This document shows positions 51,661-64,000 of a stretch of DNA of 64,000 nucleotides, one piece after another. A program made the translations under genes and the position numbers. The notes beneath the pieces were generated by a model that worked only from the letters and a program-made list of their open reading frames with translations, was not told where the DNA came from and searched no databases. The stretch's first letter is position 1. Each line of letters starts with the position of its first letter. This DNA is from Selaginella moellendorffii (Eukaryota; Plantae; Lycopodiophyta), in contig NW_003314295.1 of the NCBI RefSeq assembly GCF_000143415.4, positions 1,107,054 through 1,171,053 of the forward strand, given 5' to 3'.

Positions 51661-53344
51661 TCGGAGGGATTGTCCTTGGCGCTGCTGGATCGCTGTTGCT
51701 GGCTGTTGCATCCAATTTCTCTCGGTTGGCGATCTATGTTAGAGGCACTTGATTTGAGTGAGAGTAGGCAATTCCGTTCATTGAAATCTAACTCGACAAA
51801 GTATGGCTATTCAGATCTTTGACATGGAAGATGTTCATTCTAGTGATTTTGTAGCTAGACTTCAGTTTTGGAACGGGAAAAAGCACCCTTCAGAAATTTG
51901 ATAAAGGTTCATCACCACCATTTCTTCTAACAATGGCAAAACTATATAGTGAAAATATGAGCCACCCGAGGATAGGAGGGGATATACATTGTGCTTGGCG
52001 GAGCTGGGAAAAGTGCAAGAGCAAGTTGTGGTAATCTTCCATGGAGCTCATCCAAATGTAAGCGATGTGCACCTCTATTCTGTACATCTCGAACTTCTCA
52101 AAGTACGCCGATTTCGACTCATGGGTCACATTCGAGCATCTCTAGAGCTGTCAACGTGCAGTACGCCACAAGCTCTGGAGCTCGCATTCACAAAGTAAGA
52201 ATATGTGTATTGTACTTTTAAAAAATATCGGTGCCGGATGAATGAAGAGCTGCGGCCTCTGGTGGGAACATCAGATTGCTGGGTATGTGGTAATCTCTCT
52301 TCTTGTCAGATGGATTACTTGAATGTTTGCTTTGGTTTTGGTTATAGGATTGGCGTGCGCAAAACACGTCCTTGGTGGTGGTGCTCGGGGACGCACATGT
52401 GTATATGTTTGGCGACGCCCTTGCGTTGGTGATGCTGTGCCGAAGTGGGAAGGATGAGAGGCTAAGTTCTCTTTACGATCTCAAAAATGATGCCACCACA
52501 CAAAGCAGGAGTCGCCCTTTTATTACCACAAGGTAGTCAGAAATTTGTTATTCTGGAAGCTTGTGCACACAGGACCGGCTGCCTACAGCAGACTCTTACC
52601 TTATTGTTGCGTCAAGACACCTAGAGCGTCACATAGATAGCGATTTTACAAGCGTTTTTGCCACTCGGATTGACGCACTTGTGAGTATTGTAATCCGCGA
52701 ACGAGCTTGTAATGGGCGAACTAGTACAGGGCCTCGAGGAAGCTTGCCGCCAGATTGCCGGTACAGAGACTGATGATTGCAGGACATTCCAAGTAGTTCC
52801 TGTTGGAGAGCTGCTGCGACAGAAAGTGGCCAATGGAGTAACTCAAGAGGTGACTGGACAGCTACACAGCGCCGCAGAGGACAAAGAGGAAGGGCCAATC
52901 GAACTATATATGGATGAATTTGAGGCTAAAGACGAAGATGAATCTGGAGACAAAGATGAGTCCGAAGACGAAGACGAGAGGCTAGAGTTATTTGGTGTTA
53001 TACCCCATGGTTTGCGCCCCAGTACATCCATAAACTATTAAAGCTATATAATTATATTACTGTTTTCGGTTAATGGGCCCCGTTACCTCTTGCGAGCCTC
53101 TTTTTTTCGTTTTTCTTTTTTTGTATTTCCGAACTGTAGTGGCTTTGATCAGGAAGAGGACCTCAAGCTTGTTTGTAAAGTCGGCTCTTGCAAGTTAAAA
53201 CGGATTAAAAACGGGCACATAATGGAGTCGGACGGAGTAAATGATGCTATTGTTTATCCTGTTGGAGGTCAGTTTGGCATTTGACTTAAGATTTTTTCGG
53301 TCTTTCCAGAAATACGTAACGTTACTAGTTTTCTTATTTCGTTT

Positions 53345-53719
53345 TTGACCTTTTATCTGACTTGTTTCTCAGCCCTTCAAAAGGCTGCCAGCATCTCAAA
53401 TCATTGCTACTCAAGGCCCAAAATACTTCATAGACTGGGAGACGGAAGCTGCCATGTATCTTGGTCTCACTTACAGGTATGCGGAGTGCGTAGAAAATTT
53501 GATACACTGTGCATTTGCTATTATAGGGACACTATATCATTTGCTTGCGAGGAGGGCGTTAAGCACATAGCGCTCCCAGCTATCTTGCGCAGATGTCGCG
53601 GGTTTGTACTCACGCCTTACCTCTTGTATACTGAGTTTCCATTGTATTTCAGGTTTCCTCTGGATAAAGTGGCAGCTGTAGAAAGCGTACAAAAGGCACT
53701 GAAAAGTAAGCTGCCCTGA
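53345..53719 (+). pseudogene. Macro-domain-like gene fragment
   Basis: CYYRDTISFACEEGVKHIALPAI...FPLDKVA resembles the C-terminal half of the Appr-1-p/macro domain; no clear complete gene. Confidence 0.45.
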
Positions 53720-55888
53720 ATTAGGTATGCGTTTTTATCTGTGTACAAAATTGTAGGTTCACTTTGTCATAAAGGACGAACCCACCTTCAGGGCCTGGTA
53801 GCTGCAACAGACCTCCTTGCATTTACGGATTATGATGGCTATGTATCTTGTTGGAGCACCGGACTTCCCTTTTCATACACTTCCGAAGGGATTCCAACTT
53901 ATGATCCATCACACTGTGGCCAGAAGAAATGTCCTCTCAAATCCGCTGAAAAATGAGAAGGGAAGTCTTAAAAAATGGATTAGTGTTCAAAAGCCATCTT
54001 TCAAATCTATCTAGAACAAACCTTTGAGAGTGGATGCTTATGCTGTGGGATGATCTTAATGTGAGGAAATAAATTGAAAGAGTGGGAGGTTACAGTTCAC
54101 AAATCGCTTGGCAATAGATTCAATAGGAAATTTTGTAATTATTTCCGGGAAAAGAGTGAAATTTCACTGCATGTAATTAATTGTCTTCATGTCTTTGGAT
54201 GTCATCCTTCCGAGGAGCTTGTGGTGTGTGTGGTAGGCTGACATAAGTGACATCTTAAGCCATGTCCCCGTTGACATCCTTTGGTGTTGACTTGTTGTTA
54301 GCCGTTTTAGGAGCAAGCCCAGTCAACAATCATCATGCAAATCTGCCGACTGAAACAAACTGCACGACAATTGCCGACTTCTGGCCAGATAACTAGTTTC
54401 TGAAGAAATTAAAGGAAGATACATCTCAATGGTTAACTTTCACAAGAGTGTTAACTTTATCAATTTTTACAATGCACTTTCTGACACTTAAGAGGTGAAG
54501 CGATCCACTCGACTTGCATTTTTGGATCTATTGCCTGTTTACCTATCAAATCTCATGTAAAAGCTGCATCCACCATGCAAAAGAGATCTTCAATGGCATC
54601 TAGGAGAAAGATTGCTACACCTGAAATTTCATGCTCATGGCATATGCCTAACAGAGCTATGTCAGGGATGCCAAGCGTTTTTTTAGTGGCAAGACCAGAC
54701 TCTCATGCTCACTACAGATGTTTTCCTAGGCATATTTGACCAAATGCTGGACAAGGGACTGATTGCATCTAGTCAAACACGTTTGAGAAAGTATATGTAG
54801 TAAGCATGGAAGATTAGCAAATGTTTTTTTTTATGCTTTGTGGTTTTTCATATTATCACTTCGTAGTTTATTGAGATATTGGTAAAATATTGTTAACACT
54901 TGCTTTAGCAATTGTAATCTTTTAGTATTATTGATTAAAATTTATTCAAATTAGTTTACATTTTGATATATTAATTGTTACTAATAGATTGGGATGTTAT
55001 TTTCTTTGAGTGGTACATTCATGAGCTTTGCAAAGGCTACACAAAGGAAACAGATTAGTAAGAAAAACATGTGAATGAGGTGGTGAAAAATATATTATAC
55101 CATAACAATAGCCAACACAATAAAGACTTTACTTTACTATGTTGAAATTGGAATTACATTTAAGCAAGGATGGTCAAAATAAATTTGATTCATAAGCAAC
55201 TAATCTAGCCACAAAACTTGATAAGATTTTGGTGGTGTACAAACAAGTGGATTAGAATAAAAATAAAGTGGAGAAATTTGCTAATAAACATTATTAATTC
55301 TAAGAATATAGTTGGAAATATCATCTTTGTAAAGTAATCTTCTTTCTGTTATGTGAGTAGATAAATACTTTAGTGCCATTGTGAAGTTATAGATGTGAAA
55401 TTTTAAACCACATTAGTAAAGTAGCTTATTGAATACAGTTGTTATCTGGTACAGATGGGCCTCATTTATTATATGGTTGGGGGTAAAAATTCATTTAATA
55501 TTTTGATTTAGCCATTTAAAAAATACATTATCTCAAAGTGAAGAATATAATGATTCTTTGATATATAGAACTGTGAATGAATCAAGAGCTTGAGTGAAAT
55601 TCCCTAGAAAAAGTGATTTAAAATGTAATTCATCTTTGGGGCAAAGACATTGTTGGTGAAATTTGTTAACGTGGTCAACATGGGTATGTTAAAGGATCCT
55701 TATTTTACTTAAGGGTTTTATGGAGCCAAAACTTTTGGCAAAAGGGATACGAAGAATATACTGATGCGGAAAATATGCCTCTATTTTACCTTTGACGCGG
55801 CTTCCCTTTTCCTTTACGGCCTGACCCGACTAGTTTTTAATAGCGCGATCGCGTTGTGTCGCTAGGGTTTTTGGAAAGTAAGAGTGCT

Positions 55889-57873
55889 ATGATGGATCCG
55901 GAGATGATCCGCCTCGCGCAGGAGCAGATGAGCCGAATCCCGCCCGCCGAGCTCTTGCGGATGCAGCAACAGGTGAGCAGCGCTGTGGATTGATTAGGTT
56001 TACGATTGCGTTGTGCCTGGAGCAGATGATGGGCAATCCCGACCTCCTGCGCATGGCAACCGAGGGAATGAAGAACATCAGGCCCGAGGATTTGCGATTC
56101 GCGGCCGAGCAAATGAAAAATATGCCGAGTGAGCAAATAGCTGACATGAGCGCCCGGATGGCCAATGCATCACCCGAGCAGATTGCGGCCATGAATGGAG
56201 ACGCCACTGCCCTGATGCTGAAGAACCAGGTATTCTCGATCGAGTTCTTGTGCCTTCGGAGCTAAAAGAATCCTTTTTTCTTTCTTTTCCAGGGCAACCA
56301 GCTTCATGGATCAGGACAATTTTATGAAGCCATAGACAAATACAAAGAGGTGTGTGCGATTGAGATCATGGATGGGGATTTTTCCTCACACGTATTTGGC
56401 AGGCAAAGCTAAAGTCGCTTGGAGTGAGCTCCGCGGCAGCTTCGAATTTGCGTGTGACTTGCTCGCTGAATTTGATGTCATGCTACCTCAAGACCTCGCA
56501 GTACAGCAAAGCCATCAGCGAAGGCTCGGAGGTTCTTGCTACAGAACCGAGGAACTTGAAAGCTTTGTACCGTCGTGGTCAAGCATACAAGGAACTGGGA
56601 AAGCTTAAGGTAACCGCGGTCACTTACTTTCTTGGGCTCTTTTTTTTAAAAGACCTGTTCTTTTGTAGCTTGCTGTAGCGGATTTGACCGAAGCTGCTGC
56701 TGTCGCGCCTGACGATGAGACTGTAGCAGACGTCTTGCGCGTAGCAAAGGAAGAGCTAGAAAGGGAGGGTGACAATGTGGAAAAGGTACAAAAAGAGGAT
56801 GACTACGTACAACATAATAGTGATGGTATGTATTCAACTCCGTCTAGTAGTTCGTCTCTTTAACGCGATCGACGCAGGGCCTATTATTGAGGAGATCACT
56901 GAAGAGGAGGCTGAGAGACTGACGTCTACAGTATCAACGCGCAGGGAAGAAGTTGCTAACCGTGCAACAGAGGGTGAAACGATGCCAAGGGAGGCCTCCA
57001 CGAGCAGCTTCTCAGGCATGTCTCCACCTAATGACCAAGCCTACGCTGAAGCTATAAAATCAATGAAGCAAAATCCTGGGTTATTAAGGTACTTTATCTG
57101 CTTATACAGACCATCTTCTTTCCGTTTGCTCATCATTTTCACTTGCAGAAACATGCAGTCAACTATGTCGTCTGTGGATCCCGAGCAGCTTGCTGCCATG
57201 AGCGGCGGCAAAATGACCCCGGAGATGGCAAAGTTTGCAGCGGACTTGATGAAACACATGTCACCCTCCGACTTGGAAAGGATGGTCGACATGGCGAGCG
57301 GTTTGAATCTCAACGGAGGTGCTCCAAGCAGCAGCAGCAGCGGGCCGGAGCCGACAAGGCCCGCAGCTCCAAGCGCCTCTACCGTTCCTTTCCAGCCTTC
57401 TCCTGGCATGCTCCAACCCGACGAGCAGATGCGTCGGCAGATGAAAGATCCAGCAATGCGAGAGGTACAAAAGTCGTTTCCTTTTTCATTCCCTGTGGGT
57501 GACGTGTGTTTCCTTTGCAGCTCATGTCATCGATGATCAAGAGCATGACACCCGAATCGATGGCCAGTATGAGCGAGCAGCTGGGCTTGCAACTTACACC
57601 TGAGCAAGCGGTAGCGGCACAGAAAGCGATGGCCAATCTTACACCAGACCAGTTGGATAGATTGGTAAGCGATCGCTTTCGTCTAGCTTTCTTTTATTTT
57701 TTCTCTGACTGGAACTCTTTTACGAACAGATGAGATGGACCGAACGAGCTCAAACGGTGACGGAACAAGCCAAGAGAGCCAAAGCTTGGATCGTGGGTAA
57801 ACCGGGATTGATGCTAGCGATCTTGATGCTCCTCGTCGCGATTGTTCTTCACTATCTGGGATTTATAGGATGA
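55889..57873 (+). CDS. OEP61: Outer envelope protein 61 (TPR chaperone receptor); multi-exon
   Basis: [17 protein letters not shown] (LKNQGN...[11 protein letters not shown]...[10 protein letters not shown]), [10 protein letters not shown], Met-rich repeats, C-terminal TM anchor. Confidence 0.9.
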
Positions 57874-58348
57874 GAGTTAAGGAGCTGCAAAAGTAGCTCT
57901 GGCCGAGAAGGACCAAAAAGGCTGTCTGTAATACATCTGAAAAATAAAGTCTGCATTTTTTCGCGAGGCAATAGCTGGAGCCTGGCAAAAGAACTTACCG
58001 CCGACAAAAGAGTGTTACACAGATTTCTCGTGCGCCATCTCTGTCCTGGGATCGAGAGATCACAAAGGTTCCTCTCTTGATCGCGCGTAAGCTTTGCAGG
58101 CCTGGAGGAAGATGGAACATTGCTTTCATTCAAAGCCATTTATGATCTCCAACGAAAAAGAAGCAAGCCACGCGATTTCAACCGCTGCTGCGGTCCTTGG
58201 CGTGGAGCTCGATGGTTGCTCGCGACCACCTGAGGTTATAAAAATGATCCAGGAGAATGCTTGATCGATCCTCTCATCTCTCCGCTCTCCTCTCTCCTCT
58301 CCTAGCAGTTCTTCTCTGACTTTGAGCTCTCAAGTTCTTCTTGCGAGA

Positions 58349-59425
58349 ATGGGGAGAATGGTATTGAAACTCCTCTTCTTGATCCTCCCAGCGATCGCGC
58401 TAGCTCAAAGAAACACAATGTTCTTCCCAGAATTTAGCTATTACAAGGGAGGAGGCGGCGGCGGCGGAGGCGGCGGCTCTCCCTCATATGGTGGCGGCAG
58501 TGGCGGTGGCTCCTCTCCATATGGAGGTGGCGGCAGTGGCGGTGGCTCCTCTCCATATGGAGGTGGCGGCAGTGGCGGTGGCTCCTCTCCATATGGAGGT
58601 GGCGGCAGTGGTGGTGGCTCCTCTCCATATGGAGGCGGCGGCGGCGGTGGCTCCTCTCCCTATGGAGGCTCCACGCCATCGTATGGAGGTGGTAGTCCAT
58701 CCGGTGGAGGCTACGGAGGAAATGGTGGCGGTGGCTCGTCCCCGTACGGTGGTGGCTCTGGCTCGAATGGAGGCTACGGTGGTGGTGGTGGCGGCGACAA
58801 TGGCGGAGGCTACGGTGGCAGCAGCGGTGGCAACAGCGGCGGAAGCGGGTATGGCGGCGGCAGCGGCGGTAGCGGCTATGGTGGCAATAGTGGCGGTGGA
58901 TATGGTGGCAACAGTGGCGGTGGATACGGTCCCAGCGGCGGTGGTGGCGGATATGGCGGCGGCAGCGGCGGCAGCGGCGGCTATGGTGGTAGCAGCGGCA
59001 GCGGCAGCTCGGGTGGCTGCTCAATCAAGTAAGCAAAGCTCTCGATCGATCTTGGAAGAACTTTTATCCCCATGGATTCGTTTTGCAGCTTCTGGAAAGA
59101 CCATGTGGATGCATGGCCGGACGTGCTCAACGTGTACAGCACAATCTCCCAGGCGTTTGGAGGGGTTCCACAGATGATGGACGGCAAGCAATCGCTCCTG
59201 TCGGCCCTGGAGGCGCGGGGGAACGACCCCTACAGCTCGCTCCTCCGCCAGGGCACTGCCGCGCTCCTCAACTCGTACACGCGGAAGCACTTCCCCTACT
59301 CGCCCGACGCAGTGAGGGCCACCTTCGGCAAGGCGCTGGGGAGCAAGGAGGCGGCGGCAGTCCAGGCAACCAAGTTTGAGCGTGCAAATGGCAGCGGCTA
59401 TGGAACCAACACCTTTTGCTTCTAA
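58349..59425 (+). CDS. Protodermal factor 1 (PDF1)-like secreted protein with a Gly-rich N-terminal repeat; intron 59029-59088
   Basis: Signal peptide; C-terminal domain C...FWKDH...AFG...LLRQGTAALLNS...FPY...QATKFERAN; TATA at ~58237. Confidence 0.82.
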
Positions 59426-59954
59426 AAGATATAATCTGTATTCAATAAGTTTTATGGATATTAAGTTTGTGATCCCACGAATGTGACTACGGACGGCTAC
59501 GGCAATCCCATGAGGTATATGAATAATGAATGTGATGAAAAGTTACCTGGCCAAATTAGTTGCATATCACCTTGCCACCTGAATTAAACCCAACTTTAAT
59601 TGTTCTCTCAACTTTCTCTGGCACAAGCTAGTGCGATATATTCTCAGTACCATTTTACTACATGAGTATAAGTAATTTTTTGATCCTAATAAAAAAACAT
59701 ATTATGGGATAGTTCATTGTAACACTTGACATCATTGCTCTAGACATTTATAACAATTTTTCTTGTTTCTTCTTTATCTTCTCTCTTTCTTTTTATTTCT
59801 TATTTCTTTTAAGGTTAGTTGCAAAAAACCATAATATTACTTTATTTCTTGATAATAAAATTACTTTCACCTCTTGTAAAGAAAAGGAAAGCTCAAATAT
59901 TTGATAGTTTCCAAGCCATATTGATTATGCTATATGAAAATTATTTCAAGTTTT

Positions 59955-59958
<4 letters not shown>

Positions 59959-60032
<74 letters not shown>
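59959..60032. repeat. (AT)n microsatellite, ~37 units
   Basis: Perfect AT run. Confidence 0.95.
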
Positions 60033-60038
<6 letters not shown>

Positions 60039-60299
60039 GATGAGTGTGTGGTATATAAAAATTGTATATAAAAATATACACACCCAGAAAACTCTAGTAT
60101 ATATATAGGAGCGAGTGTTTTAATTTAAAACAATATCTATAAAAATCCCACTATGCTAATATTAATATATGGCATCGTACACACACACTTGCACCTCACA
60201 AAAGGGATGGAAGATAGTCAGGATTCTTTGGTGAACAAGTTGAGATCTAAAGGAATATCAAGAGGAGGCATCAATGGATCTGTAGATGGTGCAAATTGT

Positions 60300-63200
60300 T
60301 TATAATCTCCTTATATAAAATATTTCAATCATTGCATATGCACAATTTTTGGAGGATTAGTCTGTTAAACATCATGCCAAACCTCATAAACTTGCAGTTC
60401 AACTTGCTGCAACACTTGATACAGTCCCTTCCATTAAGGAATGAACCCTTTAAACAAATTATATACCAAAAGATTGGGAAAATGAACTAATATTAAGTCA
60501 TCCACTTTATACTTTGTAGGTGAACTACAATGGGAGTTGTAGCGCCATTGTTATCTCACTTGTATGCAGTCTAAGTGTTTGGTAGATTTTGCTTGGATTA
60601 GTAGAAGAATGCTCATCAAATACTAATCTCAAGACTTAGCATCGGTAGCTCATAACTATTATGAAAATAAACTCAATTTTGTTGGCAATATCAAATCATG
60701 ACTATATAAGAGTTTATATAGTGAAATACCAATAAAACTTTGCATCCCTATGATATACATTTACCAAAGAGATAACAAATACTGTTAAAACTTAAAATGC
60801 CTCAACCATAAATATAAAACTATTATCTAAAAGAATTTCTTCTAAATAGGAATGTTAGAACACCACTCAATTGAAGAGGAAGTATCCAACAGTAGTTGTA
60901 AACACGCTAACAAAAGCATCAACGAGTCAAGTAGTTAGAAGCAATAATGATATACTCATTACCAACAATTGACCATGGAAAAAGGCCTCATTAGATTAAA
61001 TATTACCAACTCAAATGAATGGGAAATTGCAATTGACTCCAACTGTAGCATGAAGGGGAATATTATAAGTTTGGCACAAAATGCAGTTATACATATATTG
61101 GATAACATGATGTTGCATCTCTGGCCAATAGAAAGCACTGTGCAGCTTCTTAGTCACATGACAATGTCTTATATGTCCACCTATAATAAGAGAATCATGA
61201 TAGGCATAGAGAAAGTATGGAATAAAGATCAAAGACACTACCAACCGTAAATGATCATTAGTATTCATCCCCATAAAATAAAGGTGGTCATCTTTAAGGC
61301 AATATTGAAAATGTAAATGCTAAAAAAGCAAATCATCGGCAAGTGATATAGAATTCTCAAACCCATTGTGAAGCCTTGGATTTACAACTCAACCTTTTGA
61401 GCCTCATAAACTTTGTCAAGAGAAGGTAAATTTTGCTCTGCATCTTGTGGACATTGAACATTAAGTACAACAACTGCCAAGGGCATGGAATCCTTGTCCA
61501 AAAAATCCACAAATGCTATAACAACAAATTCATCAAAAATATGAGAAAAAAGTAAAAAAGGAAGATGAGTTTGAGAAAGGGCTTTACCATTAGCTGTGGA
61601 ACTCCTTAAGCAATAAACAACATCAAAATCTTATATTTTAAGCTTCAAAGCCCACCAAATAGTATAACTAACCAAGTTCCTTTACTTCACTAACAAAGTA
61701 ACTATATGTTCAAAAGCCATATAGATATGCATGAAGTTTTTTGAAACCCTAAATTGTTATTAAACACTCCTATTTTTGTCATAGAGTAGTTCACCTCCGC
61801 TAATTGTAATATATAATTGATGTATGCAATGGGATGGTGTTGATTAGGCACACTAGCTCTTTTGCATCAACATACTTTCAAAACTAACATCTACGAGCAA
61901 AATGAAAGGTGAAGTATAGTCAGGATATGCCAAAACTGAAGGAGTCATTAACAACTCTTTGAGATCCATAAATGCTTACTGTAGCGCATGTGATCATGGG
62001 ATGAGATTTGGATATACTGTCACTGTGGATCCTTGGAACCTTAGGGGATAAATGGGGATAAAATAGCCATTAAGGGCTCTCTCATCAAGCAATTGCCCCT
62101 TTTCCAGTTGGCTTAAGGGGAGAGAGATAAAGTGCGCTACACTTACTCACAATTTATGAACCAAATGAAAGACAACATTGACAAATTCAATAATTTTTGT
62201 AATGGTCTGTTATGATAAAAAAGATGATGACAAAATGGCCGAGATATTATATCTTGTCCAAGAAGTGTTGCACATCATTCACACACTTTGGAGTAAAATT
62301 AATTTATAAACTTTCATGAGAAATACAATACTCTAGATAAGTTGTGTCTTTTGACCCAAATATGTATTTTGACTTCTTTAGCTTTAAACTAACTTCTTGC
62401 AACCAATTTAACACTTTACAAATATCACAGATGTGTTCCTTCCACATCCCCTCTGAGTGGATCAAGATATCATTAATGAAATTAATAGTCATCTCTAGCA
62501 TATCGCAAAGAACCTTGTCCATCATCTACATATGCGTGTGTATAGCAATTGCTATAAAGAATGAAAATTGGCTTTGCCACACTATGTAAATGTAGATGGC
62601 AATGTGTAACAACATATCGAGAAAAAAGAAGATAAACAGGAGATTGTATCAATCAACATAGGGAGAATAATAGGAGATTTCTTTTTAGAAAAATGAGTTT
62701 AAAAAGTAAACACTAGATGAACTGGTGCCAAATGATCCCCTTAATGATAATCTTAAAAGAAAGATGGAGGGGTCACTGATTTATTCACACAAGAACCCTT
62801 CATTTCTTGTGCAACTTTTTATTTCCAGAAGCATCTCAGTGTCTACATCTTCTACTAAAATAGCATCAACAGGACGTTGTTGATGCCAAGGTCTCCACCT
62901 AGGAAATGGAGGTCACTAATTCAGAAAACACTAACAATGCTAATAAATGTGACCAACTTCATTATATGTCTGGCAGTGAATATTATGAGTATGACTATTC
63001 TCACTCTTGTAAGAGCAGTAGCATCAAATTTTATTGGAATATGACCATCTTGTACAAGAAGTGGAGTTAAAAGTGAGAAGTGGAAAAAGTGATGTTTCAT
63101 AATATTGTGCCAAGAAAAAAACATTGTCAAGGGTGGCTAGAGCAAGTGTATACATAAGTCTTACAAGATCTTGATAAAGTGCTAGCTATAACATTCTAAA

Positions 63201-63700
63201 TTTGATCTGCTCCAACATATTTGGCTCCACACGAAACAAGAGGCTCTAAAAATGAATGCCAAATTGCATCACTAACTTAGATGGCTTTTGACGAAAGCAA
63301 TGCAATTGTTAAAAGATATCATCATAATCATTAACATGTCCAAATGCACATTTGAAGACATTTGGGAGAATGCTTCAATCCACACGAGTGGTTGCACTTA
63401 AACTATTGTACTATTATAGTGCTATCTTTTAGAGACACATGGGAAACACATGCAAATGCCAAACATCATTTCAAGAATGATATGTGGCATTCATTATAAA
63501 GTGATTGACCCAATAGTATACATCATCTCCAAGATTCCTATGGAAGAATTTTAGCCAAACACGAGGATTGGCAGCAATAGTAGGAGGAGATGTACCACAC
63601 GCTGTTAATTGAGTCTAATTGGTCAATTACAACTATATAACATCAAGCAATTGCATTAATAGCTATTCTAGAGTTAAAGGAGGAGGAGATTATTGCTTTG
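60300..63700 (-). mobile_element. Old, heavily decayed Ty3/Gypsy internal region (RT, RNase H, integrase remnants); boundaries approximate
   Basis: FINDILIHS...EHI...VLNWLQEVSLKLKKSK (RT) and HDSLIIGGH...YWPEM...CILCQ (IN zinc finger) among many stops. Confidence 0.72.
61980..62141. mobile_element. 162-bp solo LTR (or LTR-like insert) nested in the old Gypsy
   Basis: Termini TGTAGCGCA...TGCGCTACA (9-bp inverted repeat); 5-bp TSD CTTAC at 61975-61979 and 62142-62146. Confidence 0.85.
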
Positions 63701-64000
63701 GCATGAAGATGAACAAAAGGGAAAAAGAAAAAAAGAATAAATCTCAAAAGTTATAAGGAATATGAGATATAAATAATGCAAAAGTTAGATTTAAACCAAA
63801 ATTTAGCATTCCTCAGGAATAATTAAAATTACCCCTCATCTCCACCAATGAGAGTGTATGGAATATAAAAATGGAATATATAAATATGCATATTAATTAG
63901 CCCAAAAACCCTAGATTATATTTAGAAGCAAGTCCTTTGGATTGAAACCAATCCGATGGTTATCAAAATTCAACTATGCTAATATTAGTATACGATATTG

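Overview
Eukaryotic, land-plant nuclear DNA, most likely a lycophyte such as Selaginella (inferred from very short ~45-65 nt introns, dense gene packing and a MIR536 hairpin). There are three compartments. (1) An AT-rich, TE-derived block at 1-16.1 kb contains a young full-length Ty3/Gypsy chromovirus (3248-10779, minus strand; 5-bp TSD TAAGT, ~99% identical LTRs, tRNA-iMet PBS, PPT). (2) A gene-dense block at ~16.4-59.4 kb carries BRO1/ALIX, a GT31 galactosyltransferase, tRNA-Ile(UAU), DUF2462, a DUF1645-like gene, SWO1/G2484-1, GAPN/ALDH11, a BRCT-RING-PHD gene, MIR536, an ALA1 flippase, a TRM/LONGIFOLIA-like gene, a DEAD-box helicase, FAM32A, OEP61 and a PDF1-like gene. (3) A decayed Gypsy with a nested solo LTR lies at the right end. 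The main surprise is that the chromovirus integrase is split by two precise, host-sized GT-AG spliceosomal introns (47 and 52 nt). Removing them restores the HPQTDGQTE and KLTQRFAGPY motifs. A third candidate intron sits at the gag/protease boundary, and a T-loop-rich structured 3' UTR lies behind another strong splice donor. This suggests an LTR retrotransposon that keeps its introns through reverse transcription and needs splicing to make active integrase. All calls were made by eye; no searches or computations were run.
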